Assembly (NCBI GenBank): GCA_013115145.1
Contig: JAAPAO010000194.1
Span: 1 to 55,213 of the forward strand
Length of the DNA: 55,213 nucleotides
Reading direction: 5' to 3'
From: Perkinsus chesapeaki ATCC PRA-425
Lineage: Eukaryota; Protista; Perkinsozoa
The notes under the pieces were generated by a model. It did not search any database. It was not told the origin of the DNA and saw nothing but the letters and a program-made list of their open reading frames with translations. Positions 33,805 through 44,724 of this stretch are shown here, piece after piece. Numbering within the stretch: position 1 is the stretch's first letter; each line of letters begins with the position of its first letter. The position numbers and the translations under genes are program-made.

Positions 33805-35445
33805 CTACTTCAGACTGGCCATCTCAGCTCTGTCAATTCTTTTGCCAATGTCAAGCAGAGCTCGGCAGCCCAATGCCTCTTCTATCTCACAAAGCCTATG
33901 GCTCCTCCTCCAGTACCTGAAGTATGACTGATGGTAGCAAGTGTGCGATATGGTACTGTCTTTCCAAGCCTAGATGGTGCAATCGGTACCGACACTTATT
34001 ATTAGATTCCCTTATGTATCGGGCTATCTCCTCACGGATGGAGGCATCAGCCGTAACGCTCATACTGCCACCAGAAGCTCTCCAGCATCAACACACAACA
34101 CTGGCCATTGAGAAACTCTAGTGACTGTCTGTGGTGTACCCTAATTTGGCATCTATTCGCTCTGTACTGCTTTCTGATGATGTCTGCCTCGTGCTGTCAA
34201 TATCAATGCTGGTGTCTGTCCCATCCGAGCTTCCCTGCCTCCTGGCCAGCTCCTCCCCATATGTCCGTAAGGCAGGCCCTATCACCGCTGGCCGAGGGTC
34301 CCCCCACTGGCTCTGGTACTTGTCTGCCAAGTCTATCGGTGTCAGCCTGACCACTCTCCTAGAGCCACCGTCCCTGGCATCCCCGTTACTACCGAAGCTT
34401 TGTGCAGGTCCGAGCATAAAGGGCACTCTCCAGAGGATCGACACCCGCCTCCTTTTCGGTTGTAATAATAACCTCGCAGCACCGAAGTGATGCCGCCTCC
34501 ACTGCGTAGTGCAGGCATGTCCATCCGAATACATCCCTAACCACCGCTCTAGCCCTATCACAAACTCCAGCACTACCGTTCCCTCAGCTCGTCGGCCCCG
34601 ATGGTGCCCAGCAGAGCCTCCAGTGTGTGAGGCTTGTCATAGAGAGCAGCTGTCATCACCAAAGTCTGGCCAGTAAGGCGACATGGACCTGAGAGGTACT
34701 ATCAGTGACGATTACTGAAAGTTACGGTATTACGATTCGCTCGCATAATCAACCTTGAGCTCTTCCCATTAATCTCCGCCCTTATGTCCTTGTCCTCCCT
34801 CCCGTCAGCCATCTGCCCCTTAAGATAGTCGCGCCACCGCGCAGCTGCTTCGTTCATGGCCACAACGCGCCTGACCATCACCGATACCTTGTACCCTTCC
34901 TACTGCTGCATACCAACCTTCCGAAAGACTGTATCTTTACTATTGCCGTTAACCTTCTCTGAGCCTCCTGCCGTGCCTGATAGCCCCTCCAGTGGGCCGC
35001 AATGGCAACCTCAGCCTCACGCATGCGACGACGGTCGTTCATAGGTCGCCACCAATTCTGCCGTTGATATTCATACCGACTTTTCCTCTAACGACTTTAC
35101 TTGTATGGTTAACGCCGCTTTGTAAAGCCTTAAAGGATCCGCTAGTCGCCGTAGCCTTCTTTCCTGTGAGAGTTGTTCCAAGCTCCAGGCTGTGAAGGGC
35201 AGGGCCAGATAACACAGCCATGTAGGAAGGCCCTCTGAGGCCGATATCGAGGAGATCTGAGAGCTTTGGTCTTAACACTCAGCAGTGAAGGTGTGGCTGA
35301 CCTTTTGGGACAGAGCTGCAGCGCTGCCATCCTTGCGTGCGATGAGTTTATACGATACGAACCAAAGTGACGCTACAGCGATAAAAGCGATTGCGGAGGA
35401 CAGAACGGATATTATAGCCAGACATGACAGAGCAAATGGTGACAT
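33805..35445 (-). CDS. Membrane protein with three IQ motifs and ankyrin repeats, multi-exon; both ends approximate
   Basis: N-terminal hydrophobic helices; spliced AALTIQ|NWWRPMNDR, IAAHWRGYQAR, IQSFGR|RVVAM; ankyrin-like TGQTLVMTAALYDK, DVFGWTCLHYAVE, LTPIDLA. Confidence 0.75.
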
Positions 35446-35564
35446 GAGAATTACCTTTACCGATTTATTATGGTTTATGGTTGTGAAGGCAGGTCCCTCC
35501 CACTGGATGCGACACAACAGCTGTGAGGGACAGAAACACTGGTACTAAGCACAGGCTCCTGGGG

Positions 35565-36794
35565 TCAGTTTTTATAAGTGCGTCGGCCGGGGAGATAAAA
35601 CTGTATCCCCGAAAGACCTTTGATGAACTTACACTCCCTGTGTACTTTGAGATAGGCCGAAATGATAGGCGTATTATCCTGCCTATAGTAATGGCCTAAT
35701 ACCGGTCTAATAGCTTGGGTTGCCTCTCTAGCATGATAGCATGGTATTCTTGAATCAATATGATGTAGGACATGTGTTGTACCAATCTCGTGATGGAAAT
35801 GTGTTGAGAATATACCATAGGGAGGACGATCAATAGAAGCTAAAGCACCTCTAATGAATGTAAAAGATTCATCACCATAATGAGGTACACCTTCATGAGT
35901 GTGTTGTAGACACGTATAGAGAGCAAGCCAGATAACAGTCATTAAGTACGGTAGTCCGTACCATAAGATAACATTTGTCAAACCGTAATGGGAAGAATAG
36001 TACACCGCCACAGTGAGGGTAATAATGCATCCTAATCCACTTAAAAGGACTTTCCCTTTCATATAAGGAGGGAAAAGGCCTCCATCGGGATTGAAGTGGG
36101 AAGGTTTACTCTTGCCGTAGGGACGGCCATCGTACCCTACACGACCACTGGAAACGTTATTGAAAAGATACATAGGGAAACCTATGACCAGCATGATGAG
36201 AGGAAAAATTGGTATGACTTCGTCTATCCCCCAGTTCTCAAAAGCATACTGGATATCAGTCATCACCGACAGCTCACTGGCCAGGTTGGGTACGTGCGAT
36301 TCACCCTTCACAGTATGATTGCAAAATTTATGATGTCTGGCATGAGAGTACTGCCAGCTGAAGTAAGGTACCAACAGGGCCGAATGAAGGACAAAACCAA
36401 CAGTGTCATTAACCAATGGATAGGGGGAGAATGCACCGTGACCGCATTCGTGGCCCATAATCCATAGACCAAACATGAAGACTCCTTGCCAGAAAATGTA
36501 AATAGCCCATAACAGAATTCTAGTAGAGTAATAGTCCTGAGGGATGAGGGCCAGTAGGAGGTAATGTATAGTTGCACATGTTATTATATAAATGATATCT
36601 CTTAACACATGCATGCTCGACATGATAAGGCTTCTATCACGGCAATGGTTAGGTATAGCAGATTGTATAGCAGATACAGATGGACCAGATTTAGTAAACT
36701 CTTCGGCAGTAAAACCCTTAACATCAGCCTCGGTTCTCAAATGGCCAAAAGCGGCGTTTGACGTCTTGACTTGAGTTATAACAGTAGTTGACAT
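35565..36794 (-). CDS. Delta-12/omega-type (FAD2-like) membrane fatty acid desaturase, copy A, intronless
   Basis: His boxes HECGH, HARHH and HVLHH; FSWQYSH; PSHFNP. Confidence 0.95.
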   Translation of the reverse strand: MSTTVITQVKTSNAAFGHLRTEADVKGFTAEEFTKSGPSVSAIQSAIPNHCRDRSLIMSSMHVLRDIIYIITCATIHYLLLALIPQDYYSTRILLWAIYIFWQGVFMFGLWIMGHECGHGAFSPYPLVNDTVGFVLHSALLVPYFSWQYSHARHHKFCNHTVKGESHVPNLASELSVMTDIQYAFENWGIDEVIPIFPLIMLVIGFPMYLFNNVSSGRVGYDGRPYGKSKPSHFNPDGGLFPPYMKGKVLLSGLGCIITLTVAVYYSSHYGLTNVILWYGLPYLMTVIWLALYTCLQHTHEGVPHYGDESFTFIRGALASIDRPPYGIFSTHFHHEIGTTHVLHHIDSRIPCYHAREATQAIRPVLGHYYRQDNTPIISAYLKVHRECKFIKGLSGIQFYLPGRRTYKN

Positions 36795-37145
36795 TAGAGC
36801 AGTCAGAAGGAAACAGTGCCCTGAGATCCTCTTCCTTACACATTATCTTCAATCATGAGATTGTAAACATTTCCCGCCAAAAAACGGTTCCTTCATTCAT
36901 CTTCCAACCCACAGCACTGCTATCGTTTGTGCAACGCGATTACAAGTACAGTGGAAAAATGTCTGACGACCATCACTGCTACTCACATGCCTAGTTTCTC
37001 TTTAGGGGGAACTACAAATGCCCTCACACGAGCTAGAGCTTTCCTAGTCTACCACGGACTATGTCGACAGCTATGCGGGGCGACGGCGGCCAACAGCTGT
37101 TGTAGAAAAAGTATTAAGAATCTATGCTTGGGCCCCTCTACAGAG

Positions 37146-38402
37146 CTAGTGTTCTTTTTTGACCATACGACGCCCTGGCAGATAAAACTGGACGCCTGTG
37201 AGGCCCTCGATGAACTTACATTCTCTATGGGCTTTCAAGAAGGCTTTGACGATATGGGTATTATCCTGCCTATAGTAATGGCCTAATACCGGTCTAATAG
37301 CTTGGGTTGCCTCTCTAGCATGATAGCATGGTATTCTTGAATCAATATGATGTAGGACATGTGTTGTACCAATCTCATGATGGAAATGTGTTGAGAATAT
37401 GCCATAGGGAGGACGATCAATAGAAGCTAAAGCACCTCTAATGAATGTAAAAGATTCATCACCATAATGAGGTACACCTTCATGAGTGTGTTGTAGAGAT
37501 GTGTACAGTGTAAGCCAACCATTAGCCATAAGATACGGGCACCCATACCATAGAAGAACGTTACTGATGCCAACAACCTTAGCGATATAAGCCGCCACAG
37601 TGAGAGTAATAATGCATCCTAATCCACTTAGAAGGACTTTCCCTTTCATATAAGGAGGGAAGAGGCCTCCATCGGGATTGAAGTGGGAAGGCTTACTCTT
37701 GCCATAAGGACGGCCATCGTACCCTACACGACCACCAGTGGCGTTCAAGAAGAGGTAAACGGGGAAGCCCACTAGGAGCATGACAACAGGAAAAATGGGG
37801 AAGACGTTGTCAAGGCCCCAATCCTCTAACAGGTCCTGGATACTACTGAAGACACTCAGCTCGGACTTGAGATTCGGTACATGAGACTCGCCCTTGCTGA
37901 TGTGGTTGGTGAACTTATGATGTCTGGCGTGAGAGTACTGCCAGCTGAAGTAAGGTACCAATAGGGCCGAATGAAGGACAAAACCAACAGTGTCATTAAC
38001 CAATGGATAGGGGGAGAATGCACCGTGACCGCATTCGTGGCCCATAACCCATAGACCAGTGAAGAACACACCTTGCCAAAAAATGTAGGCACACCATAGA
38101 GCTCCTCGGATCAAAGTGAAGTCCTGAGGGATGAGGGCCAGTAGGAGGTAATGTATAGTTGCACATGTTATTATATAAATGATATCTCTTAACACATGCA
38201 TGCTCGACATGATAAGGCTTCTATCACGGCAATGGTTAGGTATAGCAGATTGTATAGCAGATACAGATGGACCAGATTTAGTAAACTCTTCAGCAGTAAA
38301 ACCCTTAACATCAGCCTCGGTTCTCAGGTCTCCAGGATAGCTCCTAGGACAGGACAGGTTGACTCTAGTCGTAGTCTCGGTGACCGTAGCTGTGACTGTC
38401 AT
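37146..38402 (-). CDS. Delta-12/omega-type (FAD2-like) membrane fatty acid desaturase, copy B, intronless
   Basis: Same three His boxes; tandem paralog of copy A. Confidence 0.95.
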   Translation of the reverse strand: MTVTATVTETTTRVNLSCPRSYPGDLRTEADVKGFTAEEFTKSGPSVSAIQSAIPNHCRDRSLIMSSMHVLRDIIYIITCATIHYLLLALIPQDFTLIRGALWCAYIFWQGVFFTGLWVMGHECGHGAFSPYPLVNDTVGFVLHSALLVPYFSWQYSHARHHKFTNHISKGESHVPNLKSELSVFSSIQDLLEDWGLDNVFPIFPVVMLLVGFPVYLFLNATGGRVGYDGRPYGKSKPSHFNPDGGLFPPYMKGKVLLSGLGCIITLTVAAYIAKVVGISNVLLWYGCPYLMANGWLTLYTSLQHTHEGVPHYGDESFTFIRGALASIDRPPYGIFSTHFHHEIGTTHVLHHIDSRIPCYHAREATQAIRPVLGHYYRQDNTHIVKAFLKAHRECKFIEGLTGVQFYLPGRRMVKKEH

Positions 38403-38604
38403 TCACAACGGTAAGAGGCCTATCAACAGTATCAATATGCCTCAACGCAACACTCTTGAAAAGCGTACAGGTAACAGAGTAACACTGTGATGACAGGGAT
38501 GGTCGAAGGTAGTAAAGGTGAGCCCTCAAAGAACAGTGCGTTGCTACAGCTGCTGCTGTCCCCCAAAAAACAATGTGAAAACAGTATCGCTGGGTGAGAC
38601 ATCA

Positions 38605-40371
38605 TCAGTTGGACTTCTTGTGGGACTTCTTTCTTCGCCATTTATCAACTCGGCGCTCTGTCATCGGCGCGGTGAAAACGACGCCGATTGCAAACCATTG
38701 AGTAGGTAGTATTTTATGGCCAAATGCAAGTACCGAAAGTACCTTATATGATAGAGCTCGCTACAGCAGAGGAGGAGGAAACATGGGCCTACCACACTGA
38801 CGAGCTTCCTGACGGTGGTGGTCTTGGCTACAGCTAGGGCACCAAACTCCTTCTGCATTAGGAAAATGAATACATTTCCCAGGGACATCGTCATGCAGTA
38901 AAGAGCAAGCCGGCTGCCGACCTGAAAGGATTGAAAGATCTATTCACCCTCCCGCAGCTGAGCCACATGATTTTTCTCCTACAAGAGACGCGAAGCCTAT
39001 TGCAAGAAGTAAGAACAAAAAGTGTGGGAATTTTTCCGAAAACCCCGCCAAGGAAGTTGGGCCATGAATATCGGCAGGCGGCGGAAAGCGGCAGGGCTAC
39101 CTCATAAGGGTCTGCCATGACGAACTTGAAGGCCGGTACGATCTCGTTCTTATAGAGAGCCATACAGAGGGCGACCTGAGGATGCATTGATTGGAGGCGG
39201 TGAGGAAGTATGGGAATGATACTACTGTGAGCTCATAGAGGTTCATGTTAAACATGAGGACCCAATTAGAGGGATTGTATTTCTTGCATATCTTATTCTG
39301 ATAAGGCCCGTATATAGCATCACAGACCAGCGCCATACAGGCAAGGAAGGAGCCTAGGACCCAAAAGGTAACAACTATAATGATCATCATACAACAGCAG
39401 CAGCACTCACCAAAGAGCATCTCTGAATCCCAGGTAAGGCCCTTTCCCGAGGAGGATGCTGCAGCCTTCGCATACCTGAACAATAGAGATCTGCAAGGTT
39501 CCCGAGGTATAGCAGCCATGTACATGAAAAGTGCAACACCAGCGCTGAGCTGGATAACGTTGAGTGTCTTGGCCAGGCTAGGTGGGTGATGTGCTATGAG
39601 GATCTCCCCTATCATAACTGGTATCGACTTGCATGACTTGATAATAACCTAACCGTAAACACTGTTATTCAAGATGCCTGCACGCATGCGCAAATAGCGC
39701 GATGAGCGCGCCCACGCGCGTACCTCCTACCTGTAGTGGAAATATGATATGCTTCAAAGCCGCCAAACCAAAGCTGTGGGCTCCCAGGTACCCTAGGGCC
39801 ACTACAAACCAGTCTCGCACAGGCACGTTGGCTGTCCACCTGGAAAGATAGAAACCTACTTCACTGAAGGAATGTCACCGGTAGAGATACTTATTCACTG
39901 CCACTGCCGACTTGGTCTTATCGCTATTCTTCTTGGGGACAGATGGTGGCCTACTGAAGTAAATTACAGTACCGGAGACGATAACGTTGCTGATGCATTG
40001 GCACACAATAAGGGCCTGAATAAGAAGGGACTCGGACCAAGGCTACGACGATGATTGTGTAAGTGATGGTGTCACCTCAGTCCAAACGAAACGACGGCCG
40101 TGGAACTCCTGACGGGTCAATGATTCCTGGCAGTATCCAAAAATAGTAAATGATATCCAAATACCCAGAGAGAGGAATCTAAGCTCAAACATATCATCTT
40201 GGAATCCACGCCATATCCCTACGCATATCTGACGGTGATAGGGTCGATGCTCCATGGCCGTTCGGTGCCTTCGATGGGCTTAGTATTGCCATTCAATGAC
40301 ACCGGCTTGGTCTCTTCTATAGGAGGGCCCTTCTCAGCTGTCAGTGCTCTCTTATTAGGCTTTAATACCAT
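38605..40371 (-). CDS. UAA-family nucleotide-sugar/ATP transporter, SLC35B1/Hut1-like, multi-exon
   Basis: FGYCQESLTR, FPLQ|VIIKSCKSIPVM, CDAIYGPYQ, MFNMNL, GNVFIF...FGAL...TTTVRKLVSV|VLS; ends KKSN-stop, a dilysine ER-retrieval signal. Confidence 0.92.
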
Positions 40372-40562
40372 CGTATATTAAAACTATAACATGGTTACAC
40401 CACGAGGTGTAGCTAACACAACAAAGGGAGGCAGCAGGAAGACCTATTCTACAGCCTAACAATGGTTATCAGCGATGCAACAGCTACGAAGAAGAAAAAT
40501 ACTCCATCGCTCAAATCATGGATGAAAAAAATTGCCTAGACGGACATGGCATGTATCACAGC

Positions 40563-41656
40563 TTAAACTGAGTCGCCCCCCGCCTCGGCCTTGCTCTGAT
40601 GCGAGAACACACGGAGGCCAACAAAGAAGGGGCCGAGGGACTTCAAATAATACGACGTGTGCTCGGTCTTGCGCATCTCCTCTACAATCTGTGCAACATA
40701 AGTAATAGCCAACGTGAAGTACTAAAAAGCATCCTACCTTGCTGAGGCCATAGAGGTCCTTCCCAATGAGCCCGACAACAAACTCGTTATCATCAGCATC
40801 AATACCGTAGCAGTTCAATCTTATGTCATAGGCAGCACCCACCTGCATAGCAGACGTGCCCTTACATACCCTTCAGCAGCTGTCCTACCTCAGCATAGGC
40901 TCGTCCAATGGCGGCGTGATGAAGGAGCATTCTGCACTGATCGCTGGGGGTCTCCATATAGAACTCACCCTTCCTTCGCATAGGGTACCACACAGCGTAG
41001 GGGGCATCCTGCCTAGTAGCGTTCCTTGGCACCTTTTTGAGGAGGAAGTCCCTCAGACTGGGCTCATGGCCGTTAGAGTAGGTCTTGCCCAGCATCGTCC
41101 ATCCTGGCACCGGAGATAGGACATCACCAATGCCTGCCTGTTGCAGCACTGGATTAACCACCTTGGCGAAGTGTGATGGATCGATGCTCCAAGTCAGCAA
41201 GCCGATCGATTTGGGGCTGTTAATATTATCGTAAATAACACAGGACACATCAGCAGCCTTCATCTGTTCCTCCAACTTCCTCTTAGACCCCGGCAGCCTG
41301 GCACAGTCCACAGCCTCAAGCACGTCCAGTCGGACATAAAGCCTTTCCTCAGAGGTCTGACCATTCGCACCCTTCTCATATAGGACAGGTGGAGGCACCT
41401 TAGGGAACGTCATATGACTGGTTGCTCTGCCGACGTTGCCCGTCTCCCCACCAGCCCTGGTGTAAAGGGAATTGGCGAGCCTTTGTAAGAACTTAGGCAG
41501 CTTGTTCTGACCTTCTTCATCAGTATTATGCTTGTACAGAAGCACCGCAGCACTAGCAAGGGCAACACCGCCCGCTGCCAGGAGGGTAGTGGTCTGCTTG
41601 TCGAACTTTAAAGAGAACTCCGACAGTGGTCCGGAAGGTGGTGGTGAAGTGGACAT
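40563..41656 (-). CDS. Chlorite dismutase / coproheme decarboxylase (Cld/ChdC) family heme protein with an N-terminal membrane anchor; three exons
   Basis: YAVWYPMRR, LLHHAAIGRAY (proximal His), DIRLNCYGIDADDNEFVVGL, K|IVEEMRKTEHTSYYLKSLGPFFVG; introns at 40843-40888 and 40689-40737. Confidence 0.88.
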
Positions 41657-41835
41657 GTTGAAGGAGAACTCCTCAGATAAGATAATGCTAACGGGGAACA
41701 CAAGAGCTTTAAAATGTTAAAGTCAAAGAAACGGTTATACGCACGAGGTAGCGCAGACATTAATTAGCGCCCCCCCCCCCAATCATGTGCATCGTCGTCA
41801 TTATCATCAACATGACCACTACGACACTCAAACCC

Positions 41836-41838
<3 letters not shown>

Positions 41839-41868
<30 letters not shown>
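41839..41868 (+). repeat. (CAG)10 microsatellite between the Cld-family gene and the zinc-finger gene
   Basis: Ten perfect CAG units. Confidence 0.95.
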
Positions 41869-41869
<1 letters not shown>

Positions 41870-41894
41870 TGGAGATCAATCAAATGGGAGTAGT

Positions 41895-44564
41895 TCAGAG
41901 TAGTTCACCACTACCAGTCGAAGAGGAGTCTGCTTTTGCAAATATAGGGTCACTATTAGTGAAGGCTCTCGATGGTGGAGGCTTAGATGGTGGGCCCTGC
42001 TGATGCTGTAAAGATGTAATTCCTCTTCTGGGGTACAGATCATTTCTACTAGATGGCATACGGGCAGGAGGCGGCGAAGGAGGAGGGGCATAGTTGTGGG
42101 GCGTGCCGCCATCTCTCCCAGAGTGAGGCCATGGGGACACACCACCACTCTCGGGCGAATAGTCATCGTACTGAACCGTCCTTTGATGTACGTGTTTGTG
42201 ATGGTTACGGTATTGATGACTGTTGCCTGCCGCTTGAGGGTACATCTCACCGTCACGGTATCCCTTCCCGAAGGCCGAGCTGCCCCTTCGACTGTACCGA
42301 TCATCCACCACTGGAAATGAGCCCCCATATATGTTTTGAGTTGGGGCCTCCTCGTAGGGTGGTGGTGGTGCACGAGGAGGAGGAGGAGGTATGTTCGAGC
42401 CAGCTAGGCTAATCATTGTCCCTGGGGTGGTGGAGGCGTTCTGGTAGGCATAATTGTTATGATGACGATATGTGTGATGATGATGATGATTGTAGTTGGT
42501 GGTCCGCTGTAGCGTTGGCTGCCATTGCCTGACACGACACCTCATGATCTCATCACAAGCTCAACCGTATTACCCGCCAGACCCCATCTGTCCCCCTCCA
42601 CCGTCCACTCGTGCCGCCTTAGTCGCTGCGATGCCAGCATGCGTTCTCCTTCTTGGAGAGAGTGGCAAAGGAGGGGTAAGTTCCGATGAGCTGGACTTCG
42701 ACGAGCTGCTCTCTGGCAATGGACGCTTGCTTCGGGTGCGGAACAGCAGCATAAGACAGTCCTTGCATCCATCCCCATCGAAGTGATCAGTGAAGTACCT
42801 ACAACCAATCAATGAGGAGCATAGGCCAACATAACAGCTACTACCACTACCAGCAGTTCACGGTGGCATGGGGATACCGGGAGCACTGTGAGCACTCCCC
42901 CGCATGCTGCCTGAAGGACCTGAACAACAACAGTGCTTCGTCCAACAGTTGCGAATATGACGGTCCCTACTCGCACGCATTCCGCTCTGCGTTCATTGAC
43001 TCTGCTGCCTGCCGAGACTCCTCCTCCGGCAGTGCTCTCTCTGGTGACACTACCGGCTGCTGCTTCAACCGTTCTCCTGCTAGGTACTGTTCCAGCCTAG
43101 CCTTATGTGGCCTAGCCGGTGCAGCCCAAGTAAGGCCTCCCATATAGGAGCCTTTATTCTCCCCTCCTCCTCCTCTACTACCGCTACCACCTTGCCATTC
43201 CCCCTTCGACCACATAACATTATTTTTATGCGCTTTACCACCAAGATGCTGCCTCATCGTGTCTGGATGCATACCCTTGGCCACTTTCTCACTCTGTGAG
43301 AAGCAAACATAACATATCATCTCCCATTCTGAAGGACAGTATGCGTCCCCCAGCAGCTTGCATCCAGGCCAGCCCTGCCGCACCCCAGCGTCGTACAACG
43401 CTGAAGCTCCCTCCACAGACTCCTCGTACCACTTTACCATCTGGGCCACGTGCCACTCCTTCTGGTGAGGGTCACCAGCTGGCGGCAACTCGTCCTTGTC
43501 CACAACTGTGATGGCTGCGGTATTGGCCTTGACAACAGGTACAATCACAGTACTGCTGCTGCTGTAGTTGTTGTTGTTGGGACTACCATCACCCATACAG
43601 TCTAAGCTCTTCTTATGCTCCCTACCACTAAGGTGACTATCCATCGACGGTGCTGACACCGAATGGACCACCCTCCCCCTCTGCTGGTAGCAGACCATAC
43701 AGCACATGTCCCACGTGGTGAACTTATAGTCCTCCCCCAACAGTGAGCTCCCCGGCCACCCCTGCCGTACACCATTACTGTATAGCTCCTCAGCCTTCGC
43801 TCTACTAACATCATACCACCGAACCATCTCCTTAACATGCCACTGCTTATTATGTAGATCATTCTTCCCTGGTAACCTAATGCCATCTATAAGGCCATCA
43901 TCCACAAACCCTCCCGTGCCCGCCACCTTGGGCTTAATCATCTTCGGTCGCCGTGCCACCAAGCCCTTGGCCGCCGGCTCCCTTACCATCGGATCACCAT
44001 CAAACACACTACGGCACAGCACCCCAGCAGCAACACTCCTCATTGCACCAGCGTAACCATAAGCCGACTGTGTGTGAAATCGCCACGCAGTAAGGACTTC
44101 CTGTGAAGTGAGCGCTACATCTAGCACCTTCTCTGCTGTCGGACACTCATCGTAACTGGCAGGCATCCTAAACCCATCCGGTTGGCTACGAGACGGCATC
44201 ACGACACCATCAACTGACGCTGAAGTGTCCCGCCTTTTATGCTTCCTTATAAGATGGGCCTCCACTACTGCCATCGAGCCAGGTGAGCACATGGCAAAGT
44301 CACCACAACCGAGACAAATCACTCCCCCGTCTTCAACCGCCACTATCGAGCTGCCCCAGAACCATTCATCGAAAAACTCCGGCCGCTGGTGTACCAAAAG
44401 GAACCTACCAAATTGATCCACTTAGCCATAGACAGCACTTTCGTTTACATATCTTTGCATCGCTCCAGCTGTACCTCCTTGAAGGCTTTGAGCTTGTCTT
44501 GCCTTTCGGCGTCGTTATCTTTCGTATCTTCTATTTGGGGTGCTATTGGCTTTCCAGATTCCAT
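41895..44564 (-). CDS. Zinc-finger protein with three C2H2 (U1/matrin-like) fingers in repeated modules; Pro/His-rich 3' exons probably, not certainly, belong to the same gene
   Basis: MESGK exon spliced to FLLVHQRPEFF; CLGC...HLIRKH, CMVC...HLSGREH, CYVC...HLGGKAH; downstream CSQCSRYPHATVNC and a low-complexity tail. The junction near 42970 is unresolved. Confidence 0.7.
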
Positions 44565-44724
44565 CTGAAAAGCTGCCTCAACATAAACTGATCAGCTCTA
44601 TCCCTACCAATTAAAGATACACAACACATTGATAGCTAACTCGAAAACGGGGATAACCCCTATACGACGAAGGATACAACCGGGGGATCACTACACACCT
44701 GAATGGTAGGGGACCAGCTGCTGC

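Noticed and set aside
35149-35156. CCGTAGCC resembling the start of the perkinsid/dinoflagellate spliced leader
   Set aside because: Only 8 nt, inside a coding exon on the opposite strand. I saw no convincing SL relic upstream of the intronless genes I inspected.
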